DNA of 64,000 nt from the NCBI RefSeq assembly GCF_009914755.1, contig NC_060928.1; one strand, 5' to 3'. The notes under the pieces were generated by a model that did no database searches, was not told where the DNA came from, and saw only the letters and a list, made by a program, of their open reading frames with translations. Source of the stretch: the human T2T-CHM13v2.0 reference genome, Homo sapiens. Position numbers and translations under genes: made by a program. Positions 1 to 15,003 of this stretch are shown one piece after another (position 1 is the first letter of the stretch; each line of letters opens with the position of its first letter).

Positions 1-1339
1 TTCTAGGAGAAGATTAATTTTATTAAAACTTCCACTTAATAGGAAATCACATGTGAAATATTCAGTTTCTTTATTTAGGGAACACTTTATTAATGCTTCC
101 AACTTATTCCCAAAACATGTAGACCTTAATGTAGACAGTAATGTTACTTGGCCTTACCTACCTATGATCAGACCATTTTCAGTGACTTCTAGATCACAGG
201 CTCCATGATAATGGTCCTTGATTTCTCTTTCTCTCCTCAGTGGTAGATGTTGTCAAGGCTTGAGCGTCATTACTCCCTGACGTTTCAAGAGCCAAATCGC
301 TTTTTATTTTAATTGTAATTTAAATCTACTTACAAGTGTACAGAATGAATAATCAAAAGAACTCAATGGATTAGGATAATGTTTTTTGTTCCAGAAGCCT
401 CTCTTATTAACATTTTGCCTTTTGTATTAACATCTGATTTTGCATTGCCATCTGAGTTCCCATTTTTATGTAAATAATGGCTGACCTCTGGCACTCAATG
501 TGTTATTAAAAATGCACTCTTGGAAGCACATGTATTTACTAATTAGAACCACTCAGAGGCTTTGCAGGAACAGTAAAGAATAGCATTTGTGACAATTAAG
601 TTTTACCACCTCTTACTGTTGCTGAAATTTTAAAATGTTATTTGTTCAACCAAAGTCTATTTTTCAAAATGATGTTTAAAACATATTTTGCCAAAGATGC
701 TTGGAAAATAACTTAGTGAAATATTACTCTGTGGAGCTAAAAGATTCTGGGCGCAATAAATCTAATATAAATTTTAAATATGGCATTTTTCTACTAATGT
801 TTATATGTAGAAGAACTTAGACATTGTTGCTGTGTGGAAGGCTTAAATTTTATTCCTATCAATAACATCAGTGAAAATTAATCTGCAAAGTAGATCTCGT
901 AAGGTCATTCTTCAGAAGTTTCTAATTCCAATTTATTTTGAATTGATTTTTGCTTTAAAATATTTTTTAAATCACATTTTTTTTAAATTTTGAGCCCCAC
1001 AGAAAAAATTACATTATTACTCTATTTACTTCTGTATTTGAACAGATTAAATATTAACAAGTTGGAATTTCTCTAACTTTTATAGATCATGCCTTGTGTT
1101 ATTGAGAATACAATGTCTTAGGGCATCTTATTATTTTAATGATTTAGGTAGAGTGAACTACTTTTAAAATTCACGGGGTAATGTTAATAACCATTTATGG
1201 GTTTTTAAAATAGATGCTTAAAACATTTAGATTTGTTCTCTCTCTCGTCTGATCAAATAAACAATTCAGTTCATTATAATTACTCTTACATTCGGACATG
1301 TATGTGTGTGAGAGTGTGTGTAACAGTATTAAAATGTTA

Positions 1340-2110
1340 GCAAATTATATATTTATAATTAAAATGTAACATATTCTCAGATGTGAAAAAACAGAAAACA
1401 CAGAAGATTTTAAAGGAAAAGTTGCCCACAAACCCACCACACAGACATAACTGCTTTTAACAATTTGTTACATAATCTTCCACACTTTCTTCTGTTTATA
1501 ATTTTGTGTGTCTATATACCCAATGCCTCCATCTCAAAAAATAAGATCAAACTTCCACTTTTTATAATCTGGTTGTTTTGAACCAACATTATATGGTGAC
1601 TATTTCATGAGTTAATAAAGAATTGTTATTATCTTTATGATGACAACGTTGCTTTATATTATGTTGAGATTTCATAATTTATTTAACCAAGCCTTTCTCA
1701 ATTGACATGTTAGTTGATGTTGCTATTTTTACGCCATAAATAATAATGTGAAAAATATTTTTTGTACATCTTTGCACTTTTCCGATTATTTTTCTTTGCA
1801 TAAATCACTGGAGGTGAAATTGCTAGGTCAAAGTGTATGCACATTTTTAATTTTTATGCATATTGGCTTTCAGTAAGGTCGAGCAAATTTTCACACTGGT
1901 CAATAGTATATGACGGTGGTTATTTCCATATGCCCTCACTAATCAAAGTGGGTTAAAGTGTCAATGAGGAGAAATGGTATCTCTAGCTTGCCTTTAATAA
2001 ACATTACTGATGATTGCATGAATCTTTTCATATGTACAGTGAACTGACTTTTTAAAAATTACATTTATATTTAGTACATTTTTCTGTTATTTTTCTCAAT
2101 ATTTTTTATA
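1340..2110 (-). mobile_element. Ancient L1 (L1ME-like) 3' fragment
   Basis: Degenerate L1ME-type phrases, e.g. 'ataatttatttaacca' and 'ggaggtgaaattgctaggtcaaagtgtatgcacattttt'. Boundaries approximate. Confidence 0.55.
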
Positions 2111-4850
2111 GTAGTAGTTATTTGACATGGGAACTTTAACATTTTTATGAAATACTAAGTAAATTAATTTCTAAATTTTGGAATACAAATGACTATGCTC
2201 ATCATTATTTTCAGGGAGTAATTTTATCCTTTTATTTACTGCTTCAGCTTACATTCAAGAAACAATAGATCCCTCTTCCACAAATAATTTAGCCTTGTAT
2301 TACACTACTCTCTACAACAAAGGAAAATTATCCTAATCTGTATGTAAAATAATTACGGTAGAAATAAGGTACTTTAATATTTCCCCAGGACTAGAAACCT
2401 CCCTTACCACTTTAAATGAAACTTTTTCTCTTCTTCCCATTCCCAAGATCTCTTCGATATGAATACTGATTGGGCACAGGCAGCTCCAACCCATGTATAT
2501 TTCATAGACATATTTTGTATTTCTTGAGAAATATTAAACCAATAGCTACTGAGAAGTTATTGCGCCTTTGCTCCTAAGAATATTTTATAATATTCTGGTA
2601 CAACTTTCTTCCTTAAATAAAAGATAATTAAAGCCATTGGAATATTATTATTGTACTTATACCCAAACTTTTATTGATTTAAACTGAAAAGCAGAGAAGG
2701 TATTTCCTACATATAAGGTAAGTGAATGCTGTTGTCTAAGAACAAAAGATTTTTAAATAATGACCATTATTTTAAATGTATTCGTGAATTTTTTAAAAAA
2801 TATAATTTTAAAGTAAATATTAAAATGTAAGATGTAAAAGAAACAGCAGCAAGGAACAGGGAGATTTTTCCCAGAAAGATTACTGACTTTATATGGATAA
2901 TACTCAGGCAAACCTCGATCAAGGAAGAAATAATAAAATAAGATCATATAGTTCTGCTCAACCATTTTCATGTAATTTAATTGAAATCACATAATTCTTA
3001 CATTTCTGATTTCTTCAATATGTAAATGAGAAAACTTGTGATTGAATCAGGCACAATAAGGCAGATTCATAGGAACTGTCAATCAAGTGCAAACATATAA
3101 TAAAAACTTATTTAGACATCCTAAAACTCAAAAAAAAAAAAAAAAAGAAAACCCTCACATCTATAATTTCTTACAAAACCTATGGTAAGCGTACTTCTGG
3201 AATTGAAGGAATAAACCAAGTAAAAGAAAATCATAGGAAGTAAGAAACAGAAAACTCAACAGAGAAAAATGGTGATGTCATATCCTAAGATGATACAGAT
3301 GCCACAGACCCTGAGAATAGTCAGGTCAGAATGGAGGGGAAGAAAGAAGAATGGCAAGGGAGGATAAAAAGGTGAAACTGGTAGACTATCTGACGGAGTT
3401 TCCCTTTGAGAAACACTAGATATCCAAGACAGTATGTGGAAACGAAGTAACAGCAAGTCTACAGACAACTAAACAATTTAAAAAATAAAATAACCCATAA
3501 CTTCTAGAAAAATGCAAATACATAAAAAAGGAAATATAATTATATATAATACATTTACTTGGTCCTTCAGTGAACATTTATTATGGATCATTTTAAAAAA
3601 CATAATTGCTGGTTTAATTAAATAGCAAGACAATTATATTGAGAGAATGAGAAAAGGGAGAAATCAAGGTATGGGGCTTAGGGTAGGGGTCAAAAGTAAG
3701 TCCTCACCCATCATAACAACTGGTAAATAGAAATGTTACAACTAGTAAATAAAAAACAGCAATAGACCATAATATTTAGAAACATAACATAAATAGTACA
3801 AGAAATATCTGGAAGAATTAAAAACAATCAACTATACGGAGCAGAATGTAACAAAAAATGGGTTGGAGCATAACTGTTTGCTCTTATGAAGCTTTTTATA
3901 GTATCTGATAATTAAAAATCTTATCTATGCATGATCTTAATAAAAATAATTAATTAAGATAATTTTTTCAAAAGAAAAGATTTTAAACATTATCTCAATA
4001 TATCAAATATCACAAGTTTGCTGCTGTTCAACTATTTTAATGCTGTGTGTATTTGTAAGAAATGTTCCACTGACATGTAAAATTGGCTAATGCAAGTATT
4101 ATTCTTATGCCAAATATTAATGTTTTCTGATTTTTTTTCCTGTTAGCCTTTAAAACCCCAATTCCCATAACTAGCAGTTTATTAGTTCATTCTTTTCCCC
4201 ATCATTTTTATCTTAAGGCAGTTTTGAAGGTAATGTGATTTTAAGCTTCTAAAAAAACTAATTACAGAAGAGATGGCATGGCTTCAAAAAGATGTTGCCC
4301 AGCACTCACATCACAAAACCAGCTTTGTTTTCCTTAGCACCAGCAGCTATTATTATCTTTTTCTCCTATTTTGACTGTCTTTTACTTTTTCCTTTTAAAC
4401 TGAGTTAATCAAAGTCAAGGTGCTCTCACTTGCTATATAAAGCCATATAGTACAAATCTAAGAACAATTATTTACAACCCTGAGAAGCACATCAATCAAG
4501 AAGTGTGCAGAAAGAGAAGACAATGTAATTAGACAATAGATCTATTACCTTATTGTTGAAAAAATAAAAGTAAATCATCCTATTTTTTTCTATTTGTGCT
4601 GTGTTTAAATATGTTAATATAAGAAATAATATTTTCTTTTACAAGATAATGTTAAATCATCTTTTGCAAAAATAGACAAAATAGAACAAATTGGTGACAT
4701 TCCTTATAAAAGGAAATAAACAAAAGGACCATAGTATTTTTGTGTGTGAAATATAATAAAGCTTTGCTGATGGTAATTGGAATTGAGATGTTGAAACTTT
4801 TAGATTAAAAAAATTGCATGTTTGTAAATATATTTTTTTAGAAAATTTTA

Positions 4851-5177
<327 letters not shown>

Positions 5178-6125
5178 AAAGATAGTGAATACAATATTAA
5201 AAATCAACAAAAGATGAGTCAGTACATTAAAAAATTCAGTTTTTTGATCAAGTAAAAAGGTTATCTTAGATTTCTAATATTGTTACAGTATATACAGCAC
5301 AGCTCCAGGCAGAATGATAGACAAGATTACCTTGAATCCTTTACAGGCATATGATTCTAAAGCATTTGAGCACAGATAGTTGAGCTGAAACAACATCTGT
5401 ATAAATGAGCTGCTTGCTTTTGTGATTATTGAACGTAAGATTTTTATTATATGAATAAGATTAATGGATTGATTTATCAAAGCATAGCAGTATAACTGCT
5501 TCAGATTAAACTAGCTTGTATAGTATTCACTACAGAAAGAGGAATGCTCTAAATCTACTTACAAGTCAGCATTACTAACCCAAATCTAAATTATTCATTA
5601 CACTCAATGTTAACTTTCGGATGGTCTCTAAGAATATTTGAAATAAGCTTTTTACAGAAACTAATTTTTTTCCAACGTGAGTCTTAATTTCAAGAATTTT
5701 TAAACAATTGTGACTTCAAGCATCACATTATTATTTTAAGCTAATAAAAATTAAATATTTTATTGAAAGAACATGTGTGCTATTCAAGGTTTTAAAAAAC
5801 ATCTATAGATTCAATTCTGGCATCCATGTGAATAATTAGTTAAGTTGCATTTTAATTCTTGGCCCACCTCTCTGTCACTCTTAATTCCAAATATTTAATA
5901 AATATTTTTACTTTGATGCAAAATTATGTTATCAAATTTACTTTAAGTACTTTTGCATATAAGCCTTTCTACTCTGTTTTCTGATTTCTAACCTTGGGCC
6001 AAATCCTATTAACCTATTCTTTAAGTATTTCAACAACATCTTTGCCTTCAAATCCCCCTCTTGTTTTCCATTCTGCTTATCACAACTACATTTATCTTAT
6101 TAAAGATTTTTCTGATCATGTTGCC

Positions 6126-6385
6126 TGTGATAGTAAATTTTGTTTCAACTTGGTTGGGCCATGGGGGCAAAATATTTGATTAATATTATTCTGAATGTCT
6201 CTGTAGTGATGTTTGGATTAGATTAACATTTAAATCAGCAAACACTGAGTAGAGCAGATTACCCTCCATCATTTGGGTGGGGTTCATCCAAACAGTTGAA
6301 GGCCTTCATAGTACAAAGAGTGGCCTCTGCTGAGTGAGAGAAAATCCTTCCAGGTGACTGCCTTTAACTTAAACTTTAACTCTTC
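6126..6385 (+). mobile_element. MLT2-family 5' LTR of an ERV-L provirus (3' half missing)
   Basis: Starts 'tgtgatagtaaattttgtttcaacttgg' and contains 'gattaacatttaaatcag' and 'gcagattaccctccat'. Homologous to the LTR at 8697-9092. Confidence 0.85.
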
Positions 6386-8696
6386 CCTCAGTCACTTAGC
6401 TTTTGTGTCAGTGGAAGACAGGGATGTTGTTCAGAGCTTGTGTCAGGCCCTTATACCTGAATCAAAGTGCAGGCCCTTAGGATTTTATAACAAAGCCCCA
6501 CCATCCTCAGCAGATTACTATTCTCCTTTTGAAAAACAGTTTTTGGCCTGCTACTGGGCCTCAGTAGAAACTAAGTTCTTAGACATGGGCCACCAAGATT
6601 CCATGTGACATGAGCAGCCCATCATGAACTGCTATTATCTGACTCCAATAAGTCATAATATTGGGCATGCATAGAAGTATGACATCATCAAATGGAAGTG
6701 AGAATATAAAATCTGGCCCAAGCTTGTACTGAAGGCACAAGTAGTTACATGAACAAGTGGCCCAATGCTCATGAATCCCATTTCTGCTACACTGGCTTCT
6801 CTCTCCCAGCTTACACCTATGGCCTCATGAGGAGTTCCCCATGATCTGTTGACAGATGAAGAGAAGAGTCAGGCTTGAATTACAGATGGTTCTGTACAAT
6901 ATTTTAGGGATCACATGAAAGTGGACAACAGTAGTAGTGCCCTTTCTTAGACATTCCTAGACGTCAATGGAGAAGGAAAATTCTCCCTGTAGGCAGAACT
7001 TCAATCAATGCACCTAATGTTCATTTTGCTTAAAGGAAGAAATGGTCACATGTGTTATTATATACTGATTCATGGGCTGTAACTAATGGTTTGACTAGAT
7101 AATCAGAGGCTTGGAAAGAGCATGACTGAAAAATTGGTGACAAGAAAGTCTGGAGAAGAGGTATGTAGGTAGATCTCTATAAATGGGCAAAAGGCATAAA
7201 GATATTTGTGTGCTATGTGAATACTTACCAAGAGTTACTTCAACAAAGGAAGACTTTAATAATCAAATGGATAGGATGACTTGTTTTTTTGGATACTAGT
7301 CCACCTCATCCCCCCACCACCCTTTGTCCAATGGGACAATAAACAAAGTAGCCATGGTAGCATGGATAGAGGTTATGCATGGGCTCAGCAACACAAGCTT
7401 CCACTCATCAAGGTTTACCTGGTTACAGCCACCGCTTTGTGCCCAGTCAGCTAACAACAGAGACCAGCACGGAACCCCAGTATGGCTCCATTCTTCAGGA
7501 TGATCAGCCAGCTACCTAGTGGCAAGTTAATTACATTGAACCACTTTGATCATGAAAAAGGGAGTGTTTTGTACTTACTGGAATAGACACCCTGAATATG
7601 GATTTGCCTTCCCTGCATGCAATGTTTCTGCCAAAACTACCATTAGTGGACTCACAGATGCCTTATCCACCATATGGTATTCCACTCAGCATTAATTCTG
7701 ACCAAAGAACTTATTTCACAGCAAATGGGATGTGACAATGGGCCATTCTAATGGAATTTACCATCCTGAAGCAGCTGGTGATAGTACAATGATATGATTT
7801 TCTGAAGACTCAGTTACAGTACCTGCTAGGTACTGTATAGTACAATGAAATGATTTTCTGAAGACTCAGTTACAGTACCTGCTAGGTAGCAATTCCTTAC
7901 AGAACTTGAAGAATCTTCTTGAGGAGGCTGTATATGCTCTGAATCAGTGTCTAATAAATGGTGCCATTTCTCCCATAGCCAGAATTCATGGGCCCAGAAA
8001 TCAAGAGGGTGGAAATGGAAGTGGCATTACTTGCTATTTCCCCTAATGACTCACCAGCAACATTTCTGCTTCCTGTTTATATAAACTTATGTTCTGCTGG
8101 TCTAGAGGCTTTACTTCCAAAGGGATGAATTCTTCATAAAGGGGCACAATAATGATTTCATTGAATTAGAAGTTGAGACTGCCACCAGGCCCCATCAGGG
8201 CTTCTCACACCTCTAAATTAACAGGAAAGAAAGAGTTGCTATTCTTCCAGGAGTGATTGATCCTGACTACCAATGAGAATTTGGACTGCTATTCCACAGT
8301 GAAGGTAAGGAAGAGGATGTCTGGAAAACAGGAGATTCCTTACGGCATGATTTAATATGACCTTACCTGTGACTAAAGTCAATGGACAACTAAAACAACT
8401 AAGTCCAGTCAGGAATACTAACAACCTAGATCCTTCAGGAATTAAGGTTTGGGTCATCCCACCAGGTGAAGAACCACAACCAACTGAGGTGCTTGATAAA
8501 CGTGAAGGAACTAATGCATTGTGGAATAAGATTGTTAGGAATACCAGCTAGAGCCTTGTGATAGCTGTATTACAGAAAAGAGGGCTATAATAATTATGAG
8601 TATTTCTTCCTTATTTTGTTATAAAAATAATAAAATTTTGAGATTAAGTATATTTAAAGAAATATGTATGAGTGCCAAGTTGACAAAAGGTGGACT
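6386..8696 (+). pseudogene. ERV-L internal remnant: pol RNase H region, integrase, dUTPase; many stops and frameshifts
   Basis: ORF 6354-6608 contains RPLGFYNKAPPSSADYYSPFEKQFLACYWASVET (ERV-L pol). Integrase-like WQVNYIEP near 7520 and SDQRTYFT near 7697. dUTPase motif GVIDPDYQ at 8250. PPT-like 'gacaaaaggtggact' precedes the 3' LTR. Confidence 0.88.
7781..7888. repeat. 52-bp direct duplication with 4-bp spacer
   Basis: 7781-7832 and 7837-7888 are identical except at one base (gat/gaa). Spacer is ctgt. Confidence 0.95.
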
Positions 8697-9092
8697 TGTG
8701 ACGATTAATTTTTGTGTCAACTTGGCTGCACACGAATGCCCAGATATTTAGTCAAACATTATTCTGGATATTTCTGTGAAGGTGTTTCTAGATCAGATTA
8801 ACATTTACATCAGTGGACTTTGAAGTAGACTACCCTCCATAATGTGGTTGGGCCTTATCTAATCAGCTGAAGGATTTAATAGTAAAAAGATTGATTTCTG
8901 CTGATCAAGAAGGAATTCTGACACTGGACTGCCTTTTGACTCAAACTGCAATTCTTCCTGGTTTTCCAGCTTGCTAGCCTATCCCATCAGGTTTTGGACT
9001 AACCACTCCTGCAAAATTGTGTGAGCAAATTCTTAAAAACCAAACAAAACATCCTGCTGGTTCTGTTTCTCTGGAAAATACTGAATAATTTA
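8697..9092 (+). mobile_element. MLT2-family 3' LTR of the ERV-L provirus
   Basis: Starts 'tgtgacgattaatttttgtgtcaacttgg' right after the PPT and ends 'ggttctgtttctctggaaaatactgaataat'. Confidence 0.88.
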
Positions 9093-9689
9093 TCATCCCA
9101 ACAATTAAACATTTAAAAATCTTCATATTTGTAACACATACAGTTTGATGTCTCTATCCAGTTACTGCATACCTTCTGTAATATGAAACAATGCTATGTT
9201 TTTATTCTCGTTTGTTGTTTCTGTCCTGAATCTTATTATGCAGTCAGTATACTACCATCAATCTCTAAGTATATATTATGATTCTACTTCCATGAATTGA
9301 TAAAGGAAGTTTCTCTAACTGAATTTTGCCCCTTCCTACTCCATCCTAGCATATAATACACAAATCTATTTTTCAAGGCCAAATTAAAAAGCTGTGTATT
9401 TCAGTTTCCTAGATAGTGTCAGGTTACAAAACTGTGTTTGAAACTGTATTTCTGGTTTAAAGATAGAGCACTTAGCCTTCTTAAGGAAACCCAAAGCAAA
9501 ACAGAGATGAGTTTTACAAATATGTTCAGAACAGATCTCAAAACAAGAAAGGGTACTATGTGTAACTCAAAAGTTGGTATTGGAGAAGAAGCAGACCGAA
9601 AATCGTAGCGGTTGCTCCTCCTGAAAACCTCTGCTATTACTGCCAACTTTCCCAAACTAGATGCTTTGTTCCTGCAATTGCCACAATGT

Positions 9690-11475
9690 AATGAAGAGAA
9701 AATAGTTTTTCAACAAATGGTGTTGGAATAATTGAATGTCCACATGCAAAAAAAAAAAATCTAGACACAGACCTTACACCCTTCATAAATATGAACTCAA
9801 AGTGGATGAAAGACCTAAATGTAAAACACAAAAATACAAAATTTATAAATAATAGATAACATGGAGAAAATCTAGGCGAACTTGGGTTTGGTAATGACTT
9901 TTTAGATACAACACCAAAGGCATGATCCATGAGAGAAAGAATTGGTAACCTGGACTTCATTGAAATAGAAAAAGTCTGCGTTGCAAAAGGGACTGTCAAG
10001 AGAATGAAAACAAAACAAGCCACTGACTGAGAGAAAATATTTCTAAAAGACAAGTCTGATAAATATACCAAGAACACTTACAACTCAACAATAAGAAAAA
10101 AGACAGCTTGTTTAAAATATAGGCCAAAGATCTTAACAAGATACCTCACCCAAGAAGATATACAGATGGTAAATAAACATATGAAAAGATACTCCTTATC
10201 ACATGTCATCAGGAAAATTCAAATTAAAACAACAATAAGGTAAAACTACACACCTATTGGAAAGGCCAAAATTAGGAACACTAACACCACCAAATGCTGG
10301 TGAGGATGTGAAGGAGCAGGAACTCTCATTCATTGCTGGTGGGAATGCAAATTAGTACAACTACTTTGGAAGACAATTTTGCAGATTATTACGAAACTAA
10401 ACATACTCTTACCATATGATTCAACAGTTGTGGTCCTTTATATTTACCCAAAAGAGTTGAAAACTTATATCTACACACAAGTGTTTACAGCAGATTTTTT
10501 TTTTAAATGGGCAAAGCTTGGAAGCAACCAAGATGTCCTTTGGTAGGTAAATGGATAAATATACTGCAGTACATACAGGCAATGAGCCTTTTTCAGTCCT
10601 AAAAAGAAGTGAGCTATTAAGCCATGAAAATACATGGAGGAAACTTAAATGCATAATACTAAGTGAAATAAGCCAATTTGAAAAGTCAGCATGCTTTGTG
10701 ATGCTAACTGTACGACATTCTGGAAAAGGCAAAACTATGGAGATAGTAAAAAGATTAGTGGTTTCCAATGGTTAGAGGCAGACAGGGATAAATAGGAGAA
10801 GCACAGATTTTCAAGGTAGTGAAAGTGCTGTATATAATATTATAATGGAAGATATAGGTCATTATATATTTGGCCAAACCCAAGAATATTCTATTCCATG
10901 AGTTAACCCTATTGTAACTATGGATTTTACGTGATAATTATCTTCATTCATTCATTCATTCAGGCTGCTATAACAAAATAGTATACATTGGGCAGCTTAT
11001 AAACAACCAAAATTTATTTTTACGGAGGCTGGATAGTTCACAGCCAAGGTGATGACAGATTTTATGTCTGGTGATGGTCGCCTTTTGGTTCATAAATGAT
11101 GCCTTCTCACTGTAGTCACATGGTAGTTTAGAAACTAGCCTTTTAGGATCTCTTTTATAACAGCATTAATCCCAATCAAGAGGGCTCTGCCTTCATGACC
11201 TAATCAAATCCCAAAGGCCCTACTTCCCAATTCCATCACCTTGGGGGATTAGGATTTCAGCATATGAATATTGGGAGGACATAAGCCTTAGTCTATTGCA
11301 TAATAATGTGTGGATTCATCAGTTGTACAAAATGGACCACTCTAGTGGGGAAGTTGATGATATGGGAAATGAGTGAGAGCAATCGATGTATAAAAAAACT
11401 CTATAATTATCTCCTAATATTTTTGCTTAAGCAAAACCTAAAGATGCTTTAAAAACATAACGTCTTTACAGAAAA
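9690..11475 (+). mobile_element. L1MC1-like 3' fragment (ORF2 end + 3' UTR), split by a MaLR LTR
   Basis: ORF2-end homology ('ttcaacaaatggtgttgga', 'gacttcattgaaatagaaaaagtctg') and L1MC 3' UTR 'ggaaaaggcaaaactatggagatagtaaaaagattagtgg'. Homology resumes after 11300. Confidence 0.85.
10939..11300 (-). mobile_element. MaLR solo LTR (MLT1A/MST-like) inserted in L1MC
   Basis: 'caggctgctataacaaaata...gcttataaacaac' and 'gagggctctgccttcatgacctaatc', ending '...ttgca'. Flanked by taat on both sides. Confidence 0.85.
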
Positions 11476-12209
11476 AAATGTGTGGGGGTTTCTGAGAGAT
11501 AACGAAGGAAATTTCCTTGGTGGAAAATAAAAAGAAAGCAAGAAGAGACAGTAACAAATATATATTATTATTGTTAGACCTTAGAAGAGACAAATATCAT
11601 TTCCAATAAAGATTACAGAAAGCAACTAACAATTGAAGAAACTGGAAGATCAATGTAAAAAAAAAATACCATTCAAGAGAATATTATCACAATTAAATTA
11701 TCCCACATAAAAAAGTTTAGAAAAACTTTAAGAAATATGGTAAATTATAGGATGTATTTAATATGAAACTTCATAGAAACAAATAGAGGTAATGAGTAAA
11801 AACAATGTTGGAAGTAATAACAGCTCTTACTTTCTCAGAACTGAAGAAGAAGTGGAATGCTCAGATTCGTGTTTAAAACCATGCTTAATGCTAGGGTTAC
11901 AGAGATAGATAAGCTAGACTACATTGAGCATTTTTCCTTTAGCTGGGGAGGAGTGCATGTGGAAGGCATCCCTTCATAAATATTAATTCCTCAAATTGCC
12001 ATCTACTGTCAGCTTCCTTCTCCAGGCTCTGATCTCGCTTTTACTGTACGTACAATTTTTACTCCAGATCCAACCTACTTTTATTTACTTGTTACAATAT
12101 TATCCTCACACTAACAAATTTATTTTTGGTAGAGTTCTCAACTGCTTGTAAAATGAATGCATGAATAAATAAATAATAGAAAGAGTAAATGTAACATTTG
12201 GTAATCCTG

Positions 12210-14811
<2,602 letters not shown>

Positions 14812-14945
14812 CTAAGAGATGGTAAAAACCTCACTGGCTCATCTCACATTCTAAACCATTGAGCCAATAATAGTGTACTATACATAGATATAGCCCGATT
14901 ACAATTTTGTAATTTGTCCTGAAAACTACACCCATTCAAATGTTC

Positions 14946-15003
14946 ATACACGCACACACACAGACACGCACACATACACAGACACGCACACATACACACA
15001 CAT
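14946..15003. repeat. Imperfect (CA)n microsatellite
   Basis: cacacgcacacacacagacacgcacacatacacagac... Confidence 0.9.

Noticed and set aside
3130-3146. A17 tract as the tail of a processed pseudogene
   Set aside because: No upstream mRNA-like body and no TSD visible; treated as a simple mononucleotide run.
6354-8551. ORFs 6354-6608 and 8357-8551 as host or domesticated genes
   Set aside because: They are short open stretches of decayed ERV-L pol and post-dUTPase sequence surrounded by stops and frameshifts.
9419-10775. 146-aa and 115-aa minus-strand ORFs
   Set aside because: Antisense readings of the L1MC fragment; their hydrophobic bias just reflects the A-rich L1 strand.
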